Below, piece after piece: positions 29,500-40,421 of a stretch of DNA of 64,000 nucleotides. Origin of the DNA: Caldisericia bacterium (GTDB taxonomy: Bacteria > Caldisericota > Caldisericia > JAAYUI01); the NCBI GenBank assembly GCA_963674785.1, contig OY771555.1:160001-224000 (forward strand), in the 5' to 3' direction. The notes under the pieces were generated by a model that did not search any database, was not told the DNA's origin, and saw only the letters and a list, made by a program, of their open reading frames with translations. A program made the position numbers and the translations under genes. The stretch's first letter is position 1, and each line of letters opens with the position of its first letter.

Positions 29500-29855
29500 T
29501 TTCTCGTTTTGTGTTTATTTTCATGTTTAAGAAAGTTTTATTATGAGTCAATCTCAAGCAATCGGTTAAAAACTAACCAGCTTAAGGTCTTCACACATCA
29601 AAGGTTCACCGCCTTTCCATTCTTGAGAACCCATAACCCACAATATGGGTTCTCATCAAAAAAGTAATTTTCAAACCAAGCAGGCAAAATATGATCACAA
29701 CAAAAATGCTTGATACACCATCTCTTTTCCAGGAGCCAGAACTCACCTCTGGCTCCACGACCTAAAGTCCATCAAAAAGTTATATGAATCAATCATTGAT
29801 GAGCTAATGCAAAAGAATAAAATAGGGCTTATAAGAAAAATAAATGAGTTAAGGA

Positions 29856-30149
29856 ATGTGTGACGCTATGCAGAAAATTAGACCCGGTCAGTTGATTGAT
29901 TTCATAAAGGAAAAAGGATTCACAACCATTAAAACAGCTGCAGGAGAGCTGAACGTCAGCGAGGAAGGAATCCTTGAGTTAATAAAACTACTAAGGAACA
30001 AAAAACACCTCGTAAAAATAGATTTAACAGAAGATTCTGATTGTGAAAGTGGAAGTTGCAGTGGATGCAGTGGTTGTGGTGCAAGTTATGTGATTCAAGT
30101 AGACGATGAGCAAATTGCATATGCTCTTTCATCCATTGCCTCCAGGTAA
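29856..30149 (+). CDS. Second FeoC-like winged-helix protein
   Basis: IKTAAGELNVSEEGILELIKLLR followed by CESGSCSGCSGC. Confidence 0.65.
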   Translation: MCDAMQKIRPGQLIDFIKEKGFTTIKTAAGELNVSEEGILELIKLLRNKKHLVKIDLTEDSDCESGSCSGCSGCGASYVIQVDDEQIAYALSSIASR

Positions 30150-30288
30150 AACTAGAAAACTTTTTCGGTATACAAAAAGTAAACAGTATAAACATCCCTA
30201 TATTTTACAATTTAGATATATTTCTAAAAACATCTGATAACAATTGTATCAAAAATTATAGTAAACTCATGGTGTCAAGGAGGGCACA

Positions 30289-33200
30289 ATGAAAAAAATT
30301 GGTACAATTACGCTTATAGTTTTATTAGTTTTAGTATTTTTCCCATCCTATTCCCACAATGAAGAAGTGATAGCAGACGTTCTTGAATCATGTCCCGAAA
30401 TCAGATCTTTTGGGGTTCTTCCAGATAGCATATATGTGAATACCAATGTCGCTCAAACCCAAAGTGGCGTTGTGATGCACGATTTCTATGGAGATATCGA
30501 ACTTACAACGCGGTCAATAAACACAGGGAGTTATAAATGCGATATCACATGTGAATTTACATATACGGATGTTAACTACACCCATCTCTATTGGAGAGTT
30601 ATCATTTATGATGGAAAAGTTCACGATGTATGGCTTGACGGAAAAAAGATCAAACCAAAACTCGAAGAAGATGACGGTCTCATGTGGATATCCACGGAAA
30701 TTGATGAAGACTTCGAGTATGGTGAGCATTCGATGAGATTTGTCTACAGTGTCGATTTTGAGCAATCAAATCCCGACAACACAAGATATCAATGCTTTGT
30801 AAAACGGATACCATGCTCATATGTACGAGGGATGGTGGCCAACGCATTTTGCACAGCAGTACACAGACATAATTCATACCTCATTTGATCTTAAAATGCC
30901 AAACACATGGTTCATGATGGGAGATTTTATCCCTGAAGAATACAGAGATGAACCTAGTCCAACAGGTGAATATCACATGGAACAATACGAATCATATCCT
31001 CCTATCATGAGGATATGCTGCGGTGAATATGAAGTCACAAAGTATGAAGGTGACACCTATGATGTCAGGATGTATGCCTTCAGGGGCCAATCTGGAGATG
31101 CCGAATATCTAATTGGCACAAGCAAAGATTCAATCGAGTTTTTCTCGGAATACTACGAACATCCTTGCACAAATGATTTCTTTATTGCCGCACAAACTGC
31201 CGGCAGAGGAAGCGGAAGAGGGATGGACGGCGGATTCATAATGGATACCAACTATCTGAATCGTCAGAATATGGCTGAGGATTTTATATCTCATGAGGTA
31301 TCACATGTTTGTTGGTGGGGAGGAACCGGAGTAATGGGGAATACTTCTCAACCAAACTTAAGATTTCTAAACGAAGCAACCGCAGAATTCTCAAGTCTTC
31401 TGTTCTGTGAGCAGGTACTCTCAGAACAGAAGGGTTTTGAAGAGTGGAAGCTTAGGATGGAGTGGTACAGAGACACGAAAGACTATTACAAATCAAAAGG
31501 GTGGACAGAACCTCCAATAATAAACCCGGCATCTGCAGACAATTTTTCAATCACGTACTATAAAGGTGCATGCGTTTTCTGGGCTTTAAGATATTACATG
31601 GGTGAAGAGAATTTTAGAAATGCGATGATCGAGATTTTCAATAATTACGCTAGATCAAATGCTCCAAGCGATGATGAGTGGTACAGACCATCAATTGCCG
31701 ATTTTTACAACACATTCAAAAAACATGCGAAAAGGGATATCAGCGGATTCTGGAGCACTTATGTTGGAAGCACTGAACTCCCAAGGCTTGATTATTCTAT
31801 TAACCGAATCAGATATAAAGGAGTAATCTATGATTCAGTAAACCTGAAAAATCTTACAGAACACAAATCACCATTAATGGTTCATGTGTACCACTCAGAC
31901 GGCACATATGAAGAAGTGATTCTGGAAGAACTTGACCAATCATTTAGGATCGATGGGCATGCCTCAGGAGTGTTATTTCATGATTACATGGGATCAATGC
32001 CAGAGCCAGACGATATTTCAAATAAAATGAATACGGCGTCTATTGCTGCTGTTGTTTCCTGGGAACCGCCAACTATCTTCGTATCCAAAAAAGATGGAGA
32101 AGAGTACGTAACTCGAGCTGAAAAATGGGTTGAAAAAACTGGTGGAGAGGTTGTAATTGATGATTTTACAGAACTGCCTTTTAAAAAGCCTATTCTTCTC
32201 GTCGGACCATCAGCAATTATCGAGTTTGCAGCCGAAGAGTACAAAAATCTCCGAATCAAAGACACAGAAGATGGATTAAATTGGCTTGGAAAAAAATTTG
32301 AAGGCCGCTTTAGTACAATTGTTGTCACATATGACAAGGATGATATTGAGAGACCAATTATAATCGATACTGGTGTTGGAGAAATCCCAGAAAACCTTTC
32401 ATATACAGGGTTATACACAACACAAGACAACCGAATAGTGATGGGATATAACTACCTGGATCCTGAAACGGAAGAAATCCCGGGGCCAGATGCACTTTGT
32501 CAGCTTCCATGGGAAAAAATTGATTCACAGGTTGACAAATCAGCGTTCTACGTTTCTTTTACAAACCCGAGACCTTTTGAAATCTCCTACAATGGTTTCT
32601 CATTCGAAGACTTTGAGTTTAAGGATATTGAACAGAAGTTTGAGCCAGAGACACTTTCCTCTGAGGTGCTGCTTGATCTCTCAGGCGGAAAAACTCAAAA
32701 TGTCAAAATATCACACTCGGATAGATTTGTAACTGAGGAATGGGATTTCAATATCAGTCTTGATCCCAATATAGATGAGTTTAATGGACTAAAAAAGATA
32801 ATTATTCCAGAAATAGTCAAAGGTGAATCCATTGAGATAAAATGGATTGAACAAATGGAGTACATATACGCTATTGACGATTTTAAAATGACTGACTGGA
32901 AGATGGGCTCAAGATTAACGCTAACCGATCTAGCAAAGGGAAGACATACACTCAAAATGCTCTTCAACGATAACGGTTTACTTAGCCCTCTAATCGAAAA
33001 AGAATTTGTGTCAGGTGTGAGTGAACCAGAGCTTCAACTGGACAAAACATTCGCCCTGTGGAAAAATGGAGAAATCAGAATTACAGGCAAGGCAACCCCT
33101 GGGGTTGAATTGATTCCACCAGGTGAAATCGATGAGGAAGGGAACTTTGAAATAATTGTTTCTACCAATGAAATCCCTCAAATCATATCCATTACTGCAA

Positions 33201-33634
33201 AAAACGAATATGGTCTGGAGACATCAAAAAGCATAAGCATCATCAAGTTCATCAAACTTGACATGTTCCTGGGAAAGGAAAATGTAACATCTGATATTGG
33301 AGAGACCTGGACTCTTGATGTTCCACCCCAGCTTGTAAATGGGTCAACATATGTTCCGATGAGATTCATTGGTGAAAGACTGGGTGCTGATGTCTCCTGG
33401 GTTGCTGATGAAAAGAAAGTTATCTACAGCCTTAGGAACACCCAAATCGAGATATGGATCGGTAATGACATCTCAAAAGTCAACGGTATCGAAACAAAGA
33501 TGCCCGGAGAGCCAGTGATCATATCCGGAAGAACGCTTGTACCGGTAAGATTTGTATCTGAAGCGTTGGGTGCAAAAGTCACCTGGTGTGGTGAAGAGAA
33601 GAAGATAACTATAGAGTATCCGAATTTGGAGTAG
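30289..33634 (+). pseudogene. M1/gluzincin aminopeptidase with C-terminal copper amine oxidase stalk domain, +1 frameshift at about 30801-30804
   Basis: HEVSH...NEATAEF and YYKGA..FWALR motifs; signal-bearing ORF 30289 joins ORF 30821 if one A is removed from gtAAAAc (CFV-NGYHAHMYEGWWP). Confidence 0.75.
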
Positions 33635-33638
33635 GATA

Positions 33639-35186
33639 CTACTTTTTATAGGTAAGGCGGATCTCTTTGGTTTCTGCAATCCAATCAACATTGCAGCCAT
33701 GAGATTCGCCGAGAAATCTGAATGGAACCATTGTTCTACCATTGATGATGCTCGGAACAACTCCCGGGTTTGGGTCAATCTCTACAATCTTTCCATCAAC
33801 TCTCGCCTGGTTTTTCCCAATCCAAAACTCAACAATTTCGCCTGCAAAATAGCTTGTAACTTTTCGTTCAGCAGCATCCCATCTGACCCATCCACCAAGG
33901 GGCTCAATTACGTATCTTGCGGGGATGAGTGTCCTGTCGTGAGCAATAACAGGTTCAGAGTCTATTGAGATATTCGTACTGTCAATCGTTAGCGATGATT
34001 GACCAAGCTGGAAACCAAGATATTTGGCACCAGCACCAAAGGAACAGATTTTACCCAACTCATCACCAATAAATATTGAACCATCTGAAATGGCTGGAGC
34101 TGATGTAAACCCTCTAGTATGCTCTATCTGCCAAAGAGTCTTCCCACTCTTTGAGTCAATACAGTAGATGACCCCCTGAGTATCAGAAGAGCCGCTTACC
34201 TTAGTCGCAAAGTATGTTTTGCTTGATGAGATCGGTGCTGAGACAATCTCCTCGCCAACCTTCAAACTCTTAATCCATTTCGATGAACCATCAGAAGTCT
34301 TGATGGCCTTCAGGAAGTTTTTCGAACCTATCTTTACACCAACTATAAGTGAATCATCATATATTGAAGGAAGAGTTTCGATTGAATCACCCACATCAAT
34401 GTTCCATTTTTCTGAACCATTTGAGGAGCTTAAACAAAACATCTCACCACTTTCAAAAGACACAAAACAATTGTCTCCTGAGACCGTAACACTCTGCTCA
34501 AAAAGCCCTTTACTGAGAGTTTTTTTCCATATCTTTGAACCTGTTCTATAATTAAAACAATGAACACTTTTTTCTGAAGCTACATAAACTCTACCGGCAG
34601 AGTATGAAGGTATCCCAGCAGTTTCTCCAGAAAGCTGTTCTGTCCAGTCCTTCTTTTGTTGAAGAGGGTTTTTTAGATAGGTTATATTAGTAATTCCATT
34701 TTGGGTACTCGTATAGAAAAGACCCCTTTCAGGTACAACAAGCACAGAATCAACTTTTGTATTTGTTTCAATAGAAAATCGTTCTCGACCATTTTTAAGA
34801 TAAAAAACATCAATCGATCTCCACCCAGGAACAAAAATCAAGTCGTTCCATATGGCCGGGATTGTATCAGAGTCAACCGAACCGAGAGTCTTTGACCATT
34901 CTTTTCGGCCGTTGCTGCTTATACAATTCAACCTGCCACCATCTGAAATATATACAATTTTATCACCATAAACGATAGGCGGAGAAAGGGTTGCAGCATT
35001 TGTGTCATACTCCCAATATTTTGCGAATCGATTCAATGACAGCCCACAGGAGTCATCAAATGCACCTGTCCTTGCAGGGTTGCCTCGGTGCATCTCCCAA
35101 TTGCAGCCGATAGCAAAAGTACAGACAGGATTGATTGTCAATACTGCCAGCAAAAATAGTATTATCGCGACTCTTTGAACGTTCAT
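33639..35186 (-). CDS. Secreted PQQ-like beta-propeller protein with C-terminal copper amine oxidase stalk domain
   Basis: W.MHRGNPARTG, propeller repeats, RTLIPARYVIEPLGG and GRTMVPFRFLGE. Confidence 0.85.
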   Translation of the reverse strand: MNVQRVAIILFLLAVLTINPVCTFAIGCNWEMHRGNPARTGAFDDSCGLSLNRFAKYWEYDTNAATLSPPIVYGDKIVYISDGGRLNCISSNGRKEWSKTLGSVDSDTIPAIWNDLIFVPGWRSIDVFYLKNGRERFSIETNTKVDSVLVVPERGLFYTSTQNGITNITYLKNPLQQKKDWTEQLSGETAGIPSYSAGRVYVASEKSVHCFNYRTGSKIWKKTLSKGLFEQSVTVSGDNCFVSFESGEMFCLSSSNGSEKWNIDVGDSIETLPSIYDDSLIVGVKIGSKNFLKAIKTSDGSSKWIKSLKVGEEIVSAPISSSKTYFATKVSGSSDTQGVIYCIDSKSGKTLWQIEHTRGFTSAPAISDGSIFIGDELGKICSFGAGAKYLGFQLGQSSLTIDSTNISIDSEPVIAHDRTLIPARYVIEPLGGWVRWDAAERKVTSYFAGEIVEFWIGKNQARVDGKIVEIDPNPGVVPSIINGRTMVPFRFLGESHGCNVDWIAETKEIRLTYKK

Positions 35187-35256
35187 TTTCCTTTAGTGTT
35201 TATCTTAGCAACGATTCACTCAGTTTCAATACAAAATTTCAAACTGATGGTTCAAA

Positions 35257-35859
35257 TTAAGCAATTTCTTCAAATCCAAGCTCAGTTAAAGCAATCCTTT
35301 TCATAAACGGGTACGCAAATATCTCCCCTGTTTGTTCGACCTTTAAAAGACCTTCGGTTTTGAGTTTTTTTGCCATTTTTGCAATCTCATCAACACCTGC
35401 AGAGCTAAAGATTTTTAGATATTCCTCTGGCACAACATATTTATCATCAAAAAATCCATACTCCATAAAAACATCAACTTCTGAAAGTTTTACAATAGTT
35501 CGAAGCAAATTTTTTACACTTAGTGTTAACTCATCAAGCTGTATTTTGGGCTTTTCCTGGGGAGGAGGTTCTGGTAGCTCAGATATTTCTTGAGCATCCA
35601 CTTCATCCACAACTTCAGGTATAATTAGGTTTTCAGTTTCTTTGTCATCTATCCAATCTGGTAAAACATCAGCTTCAAGAACTTCTTTTTCTGCCGAGAC
35701 CGGTGGAAAAACTTCGTCTTTTGCAAACTCATTAATGATTTCATCAAGAGCATCAACAGTAGACTCCCCAGAAAACTCAGCTCTAACATCTGATTTTAAA
35801 TCATCCTCATCAACCTTCAATCTATAGCTTCTTTTGGTAATCCTTGGTTTATCAGCCAT
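35257..35859 (-). CDS. Acidic hypothetical protein
   Basis: RBS ggagggg before ATG 35859; no recognisable domain. Confidence 0.6.
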   Translation of the reverse strand: MADKPRITKRSYRLKVDEDDLKSDVRAEFSGESTVDALDEIINEFAKDEVFPPVSAEKEVLEADVLPDWIDDKETENLIIPEVVDEVDAQEISELPEPPPQEKPKIQLDELTLSVKNLLRTIVKLSEVDVFMEYGFFDDKYVVPEEYLKIFSSAGVDEIAKMAKKLKTEGLLKVEQTGEIFAYPFMKRIALTELGFEEIA

Positions 35860-36072
35860 CTCACCCCTCCAAATCACTTTTGATACAAACTTATTGTACA
35901 GCATATTGAATAATTTTTCATCTAATCCTTTTGACACCCAAAAATCGATTAAGATTATTCAGAAACAAAAAATATAAAACACATAAGAAAGTCTTTTGTG
36001 AAGCGAGTTTGATTAACAATTAGTTTACATTTCGCCCTTGTATTGGAATTCCAATTCCTTACTATTCCCTTC

Positions 36073-36762
36073 ATGAGTTCGGGGAAATTAGCAATTGTCG
36101 ATTTTGGTACAAGGCATATCAATTCGTTGATATCGCTTGTTCATCAATATCTCTCTGATGATGAGATAAGGCTTATAAGGGTTACATGGCCTGGAGCAGA
36201 AATCAGGACTTTGAAGTTTGATATCCCTGATGTTGATTATGTAAGAAATACATTTGAGCTTTCTCATTTAAGAGATTCGGATGTTGGCTTGGTACTAACT
36301 GGAAGCCCGGACACAGTAGGTTCTAATAAGGGATTTCGATCAATGTCTGATGATATTTATTATGAATTTGAAAAACCAATGCTCTGTATCTCATACGCTC
36401 ACCACCTGATCAGCACACTTGTAGATCCAAACTGCCACATGATCCCCAGAGGTGAGAGAGGAAGAACAATGCTCCTACCGCATCCAGATGCCATGAAGGA
36501 TGATATCTTCAAAAACCTTCCACCTGGATTCCTCGTTTCAAATTACCACGATTGGGCAATTTCAAAGATACCAAGAGGATTTCATCTTCTCGGTGAGACT
36601 CGTGGTGCCCAGAGTGTCATATCAGCGATAAAACATGATTTCAAACCAATATACTCCTTCCAGTTCCATCCAGAGATTCCTGTCTCAGGGTATTGGTCTG
36701 GTCCAGATATTGTGAAGCATTTTGTAGAGCAAGCCATTCCTCAAAGAGTAACAGTCCAGTAG
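36073..36762 (+). CDS. Class I glutamine amidotransferase-like protein (GMP synthase A-like), nucleophile Cys replaced by Ser
   Basis: AIVDFG, LVLTGSPD, PMLCISYAHHLI (canonical PILGICYG.Q), YHDW, FQFHPE. Confidence 0.75.
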   Translation: MSSGKLAIVDFGTRHINSLISLVHQYLSDDEIRLIRVTWPGAEIRTLKFDIPDVDYVRNTFELSHLRDSDVGLVLTGSPDTVGSNKGFRSMSDDIYYEFEKPMLCISYAHHLISTLVDPNCHMIPRGERGRTMLLPHPDAMKDDIFKNLPPGFLVSNYHDWAISKIPRGFHLLGETRGAQSVISAIKHDFKPIYSFQFHPEIPVSGYWSGPDIVKHFVEQAIPQRVTVQ

Positions 36763-36840
36763 ATTAAAGCTCACTCATACTCTGCTGCATATCAGCTAAA
36801 ATTTTGACTGTTTCTCTAAGTCTGCTATCATTCTAGGTGG

Positions 36841-38283
36841 ATGATGAAAATGAAAGAGACAATCAATTCAGTTGAAGAGTATCTTGGAACAATAAGAACT
36901 CTTACAAAAAATGTTGGGGATTTTATTTTTAGAGGTCAAGAGGATGCTGGTTGGCCAGTTGAATGCAGTGCCTCAAGACGGCTTCGTGTCTTTTTAAAAG
37001 ACGACTTAGTCCCAGAGTTTCTAATCCACTACCATTCAGCTATTCTGACAAATATTAAAACAAAACGTTTTCCCGAATATCAAAAACAGGACATACACGA
37101 AATAGATATAATCGCAGACCAACAACATATGGGAGCAGCCACAATGCTAATCGATTTTACAAGAAACTCCCTTGTTGCACTCTATTTTGCATGCCTCTCA
37201 TCACAAATCAAACCAATCAGGGGTGCGGTTTTTGTCGTAAACTGTAATGATTTAAAGCGATTCAATTACGATGAGAACAGGAATTATTTTGACCCAGATA
37301 CTCACCAAATAACTGGAGATCTTATAAAAAAGGATATTTTTTTCTGGGAGCCCAGTTTTATAAACCAAAGAATACAAGCTCAGGATTCTGTTTTTGTGTT
37401 TGGTATACCAATCCTTAATATTTCTGATGAAAATGTCATTCTGATTGACGAGAATGCAAAAGAAACAATCCTGAAAGAGTTGGATGACTTCTTTAACATA
37501 AATAGTTCAACCCTTTTCAATGATTCCTTCGGATTCGCAAAAGCCAACAGCGTCGAATCTCCAATGAGTTACAGAGATCAATACAGCGAGCGAGCCATAA
37601 TTCTGTCTTTCATAAAGAATAAAGAATTCGAAAAAGCAGCAACTAAACTCGATATATACATAGAAAAATATCCGAATGATGATTTCGGATATTACCAAAG
37701 GGGCTTATCTAGATTTCGACTCGGGAAAATAAGAGAATCGATAGTGGATTTTAGCGATGCCTTAAAGATAAAACCCAATGATTATAAGATTCATAATGCT
37801 AGTGGGATTGGAAAGTCTAAAATTGGAGATCTAGATTCTGCCATAATGGACTTTGATAGAGCAATTCAACTTCATCATGATTCAGCGGAAGTTTTTTACA
37901 ACCGTGGAAATGCCAAAAGGAAAAAGGGTGATTTTGAAGGGGCGCTTGCTGACTACAACAATGCGATTCTTTTGAAACCAACCATCGCTGGCTTCTATGT
38001 AAACAGAAGCATCATAAAATCAAATCTCAACGATGTCAGAGGAGCGATTTCTGACCTCGACGAAGCCATCAGACTCAACCCCAATGTTCCTGAAGCGTTC
38101 TATAACCGTGGCTGTGAATATGAAACCCTCAGCAAACAAGAGAATGAAGAGGAAAACACCAGAAAGAAGCTTGAGAATTTCAGAAAAGCACGAGAGATTG
38201 CAGAAGAACAAGGCAATGAGCTTATTATAAAAAAGATTCAGGAATCTCAGAATCAGAACTGTTCAAAGATTACAGATCAGTAA
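36841..38283 (+). CDS. FRG domain + TPR repeat protein
   Basis: FIFRGQ, QHMGAATMLIDFTRNSLVALYFAC, NQRIQAQDSVF; TPRs YNRGNAK...A.ADY..AI.L.P. Confidence 0.9.
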   Translation: MMKMKETINSVEEYLGTIRTLTKNVGDFIFRGQEDAGWPVECSASRRLRVFLKDDLVPEFLIHYHSAILTNIKTKRFPEYQKQDIHEIDIIADQQHMGAATMLIDFTRNSLVALYFACLSSQIKPIRGAVFVVNCNDLKRFNYDENRNYFDPDTHQITGDLIKKDIFFWEPSFINQRIQAQDSVFVFGIPILNISDENVILIDENAKETILKELDDFFNINSSTLFNDSFGFAKANSVESPMSYRDQYSERAIILSFIKNKEFEKAATKLDIYIEKYPNDDFGYYQRGLSRFRLGKIRESIVDFSDALKIKPNDYKIHNASGIGKSKIGDLDSAIMDFDRAIQLHHDSAEVFYNRGNAKRKKGDFEGALADYNNAILLKPTIAGFYVNRSIIKSNLNDVRGAISDLDEAIRLNPNVPEAFYNRGCEYETLSKQENEEENTRKKLENFRKAREIAEEQGNELIIKKIQESQNQNCSKITDQ

Positions 38284-39527
38284 ACCCCTTCGGGCAGATT
38301 CTCGGCTCTTGAAAGCAGGAACTGGAATGAGAGAAGATTAAAATCTGGGTCTCTTTCATCTACCAAGATGCTGACTGCTCCATCGGTTGGAAGATTAACA
38401 TCTCTTCTTACTTTCAAGATCACGTATGAGTTCGGATCTTTATCGTAGAGCTTTCTTTCAAGCATCCATCTTTGATTAATATCCTCGGTGTCAAGTCTCA
38501 CAATCTGGTCGCCAACCATAAGCCCCGAGATTTCAGCAGGAGTCTCTTTTACAAAGCCAGAGATTATAAGATTTTCGCTCTCATCATCAATTACAATTCC
38601 TATTCTTGCAGGATCAACCAATCTCACAAGCAATCTCTCATATATTGGATTTGAAGCATCTTCAATTCCATATGGCACAAGTTCTTTTAGGGACATATCC
38701 TTAAACTGCATGAAGTTACCAGCCCAATGCGAAAGCTGTGCTGAAAAGATGTGATTAAACTTAACCGAGGAATAGACTAGATAGGTCATCATATCAGGAT
38801 CAAGTTCAGCACCACACCAAAGCTGCAATGCATAAGCAAAATCAGAAAGGAATTGTTCCCAACCACTTAATGCAGTTCCATATTGTTTGGTCAATTTCTC
38901 AATCTGTGTGAGATCAAAATCCTCTTTTTTCGATTCACGCATAAGCAAAGCTGCAATATACCCTTGCTCAACATACTCATATGTAACCTCTGTATGGATA
39001 AAAATTTCGGCTGAATTCCCATCAACTGAAACTCTTGTTAATCCAGGTGCAAGCGATGGATCAATTTGGATATTGATTCTCTCAAAGTTATTCTTTACAC
39101 GGAGTTTATCGTTCAACTTTGTAATTCTTGTTTTGATATTATCTGCATCCAAAAGCTCCAAAGAATGTTGTGAAGTTGCAATCGCCTTATCTCTAAACAT
39201 ATCCAGAGTCTCATCTGTGAGATTCAAAAGACTTTCAAATCTACTATCTGGAACCGGATTTCCAACAATATCAATTGAATTGGTAAGATCAGATCTGTCA
39301 GTTGAATAAAGAACCTGATTCGTGATAACCCCAAGATTCCTCACATAGTACTCAAAGCTTTCAAGTCTACCTGTATCCCACCCGCCATATGAGGCAAGCA
39401 ACAACCCAACCTTTAAATCGTTCCAATCGGGATCCAACGTAACCTCAGTATCTATGGGTCTAGTAGCCCCGCTACAACCAGCAAATAAAAAAACCATAAT
39501 CAAAAATGAAGCTAGTAAGTTCCTCAT
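38277..39527 (-). CDS. Lipoprotein with C-terminal PDZ domain
   Basis: Lipobox FAGC; IGIVI...ETPAEISGLMVGDQIVRLD. Confidence 0.75.
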   Translation of the reverse strand: MRNLLASFLIMVFLFAGCSGATRPIDTEVTLDPDWNDLKVGLLLASYGGWDTGRLESFEYYVRNLGVITNQVLYSTDRSDLTNSIDIVGNPVPDSRFESLLNLTDETLDMFRDKAIATSQHSLELLDADNIKTRITKLNDKLRVKNNFERINIQIDPSLAPGLTRVSVDGNSAEIFIHTEVTYEYVEQGYIAALLMRESKKEDFDLTQIEKLTKQYGTALSGWEQFLSDFAYALQLWCGAELDPDMMTYLVYSSVKFNHIFSAQLSHWAGNFMQFKDMSLKELVPYGIEDASNPIYERLLVRLVDPARIGIVIDDESENLIISGFVKETPAEISGLMVGDQIVRLDTEDINQRWMLERKLYDKDPNSYVILKVRRDVNLPTDGAVSILVDERDPDFNLLSFQFLLSRAENLPEGVY

Positions 39528-40417
39528 TTTATCTCCTTGAGTACTTCTTCTATATTGGGTGGGTTAGGAAAGTTATAGATCACACCACCCGGTTTCTCAT
39601 TATAATACGGTCTATTGCAACCAGGACAACCAGGAGTTTGAAAGTCAGCGGCAACTGTATCGGATGCAAAAGCTTCCACACTTATAAGCATATCATTCTC
39701 ATCAAACTCAAATCTACTTTTCGGATTCTTCCTCAAGGTTGCAACTGCAACCTGAATTTTTCTATATCTTTCGACTGATGGCTGGGATTCATTTTTAAGT
39801 CTTGTTCCCGGAATAGGAGTAAATGCAAAAAGCGAAACATTCACATTTCCAACAATCAGTTCTCTTGATAGCTCAACAAGTTCTCTATCAGTTTCTCCGA
39901 GCCCAGCAATAAGATGGGTTGTTATTTTCCTTGGGTATTTTGCAGCTAGTTTCAAAATCAAATCTTTTGTTTTTGGAAATGAAATCGACTTAATACTACT
40001 AGAAAGTTTTTCTGAAGCACAATCTAGAGCAATCGAAACGATATCCGCACCGGCATCAAATAGTTTTTTTACATCATCCTCTGATTCTATACTCATTGAG
40101 ATTGAAATCGGAATATCAGTAACACTCTTAATTCGATTCAGAACATCAAAAACCTCAGCTGAGGCTTGTTTGTTTTTGACTGCCTGAAGACAGATTCTAT
40201 CGGCTTTTGATTCAGGAATCTTTTTCAAAATCTCTGAAAGTTGAACTTCAGGCCATGTGACCCTGGAAAGCAAGGCATTATTCCCCGACGACTGTGGACA
40301 GAATGCACATCCACCAAGGCAGTTTTCCCCAATCAACAAAAAGATAGTCTTTGGTGAAAAAGGGAATCCTCCTGGCTTTAAGCCAAGTAATTGTAACGTT
40401 CCATATGACGCTCTCAT
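39524..40417 (-). CDS. Radical SAM protein, LipS2-like lipoyl synthase subunit
   Basis: CLGGCAFC (CX3CX2C), LSRVTWP, HLIAGLGET, C-terminal TPGCPGCNRP. Confidence 0.75.
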   Translation of the reverse strand: MRASYGTLQLLGLKPGGFPFSPKTIFLLIGENCLGGCAFCPQSSGNNALLSRVTWPEVQLSEILKKIPESKADRICLQAVKNKQASAEVFDVLNRIKSVTDIPISISMSIESEDDVKKLFDAGADIVSIALDCASEKLSSSIKSISFPKTKDLILKLAAKYPRKITTHLIAGLGETDRELVELSRELIVGNVNVSLFAFTPIPGTRLKNESQPSVERYRKIQVAVATLRKNPKSRFEFDENDMLISVEAFASDTVAADFQTPGCPGCNRPYYNEKPGGVIYNFPNPPNIEEVLKEIK

Positions 40418-40421
40418 TGAG

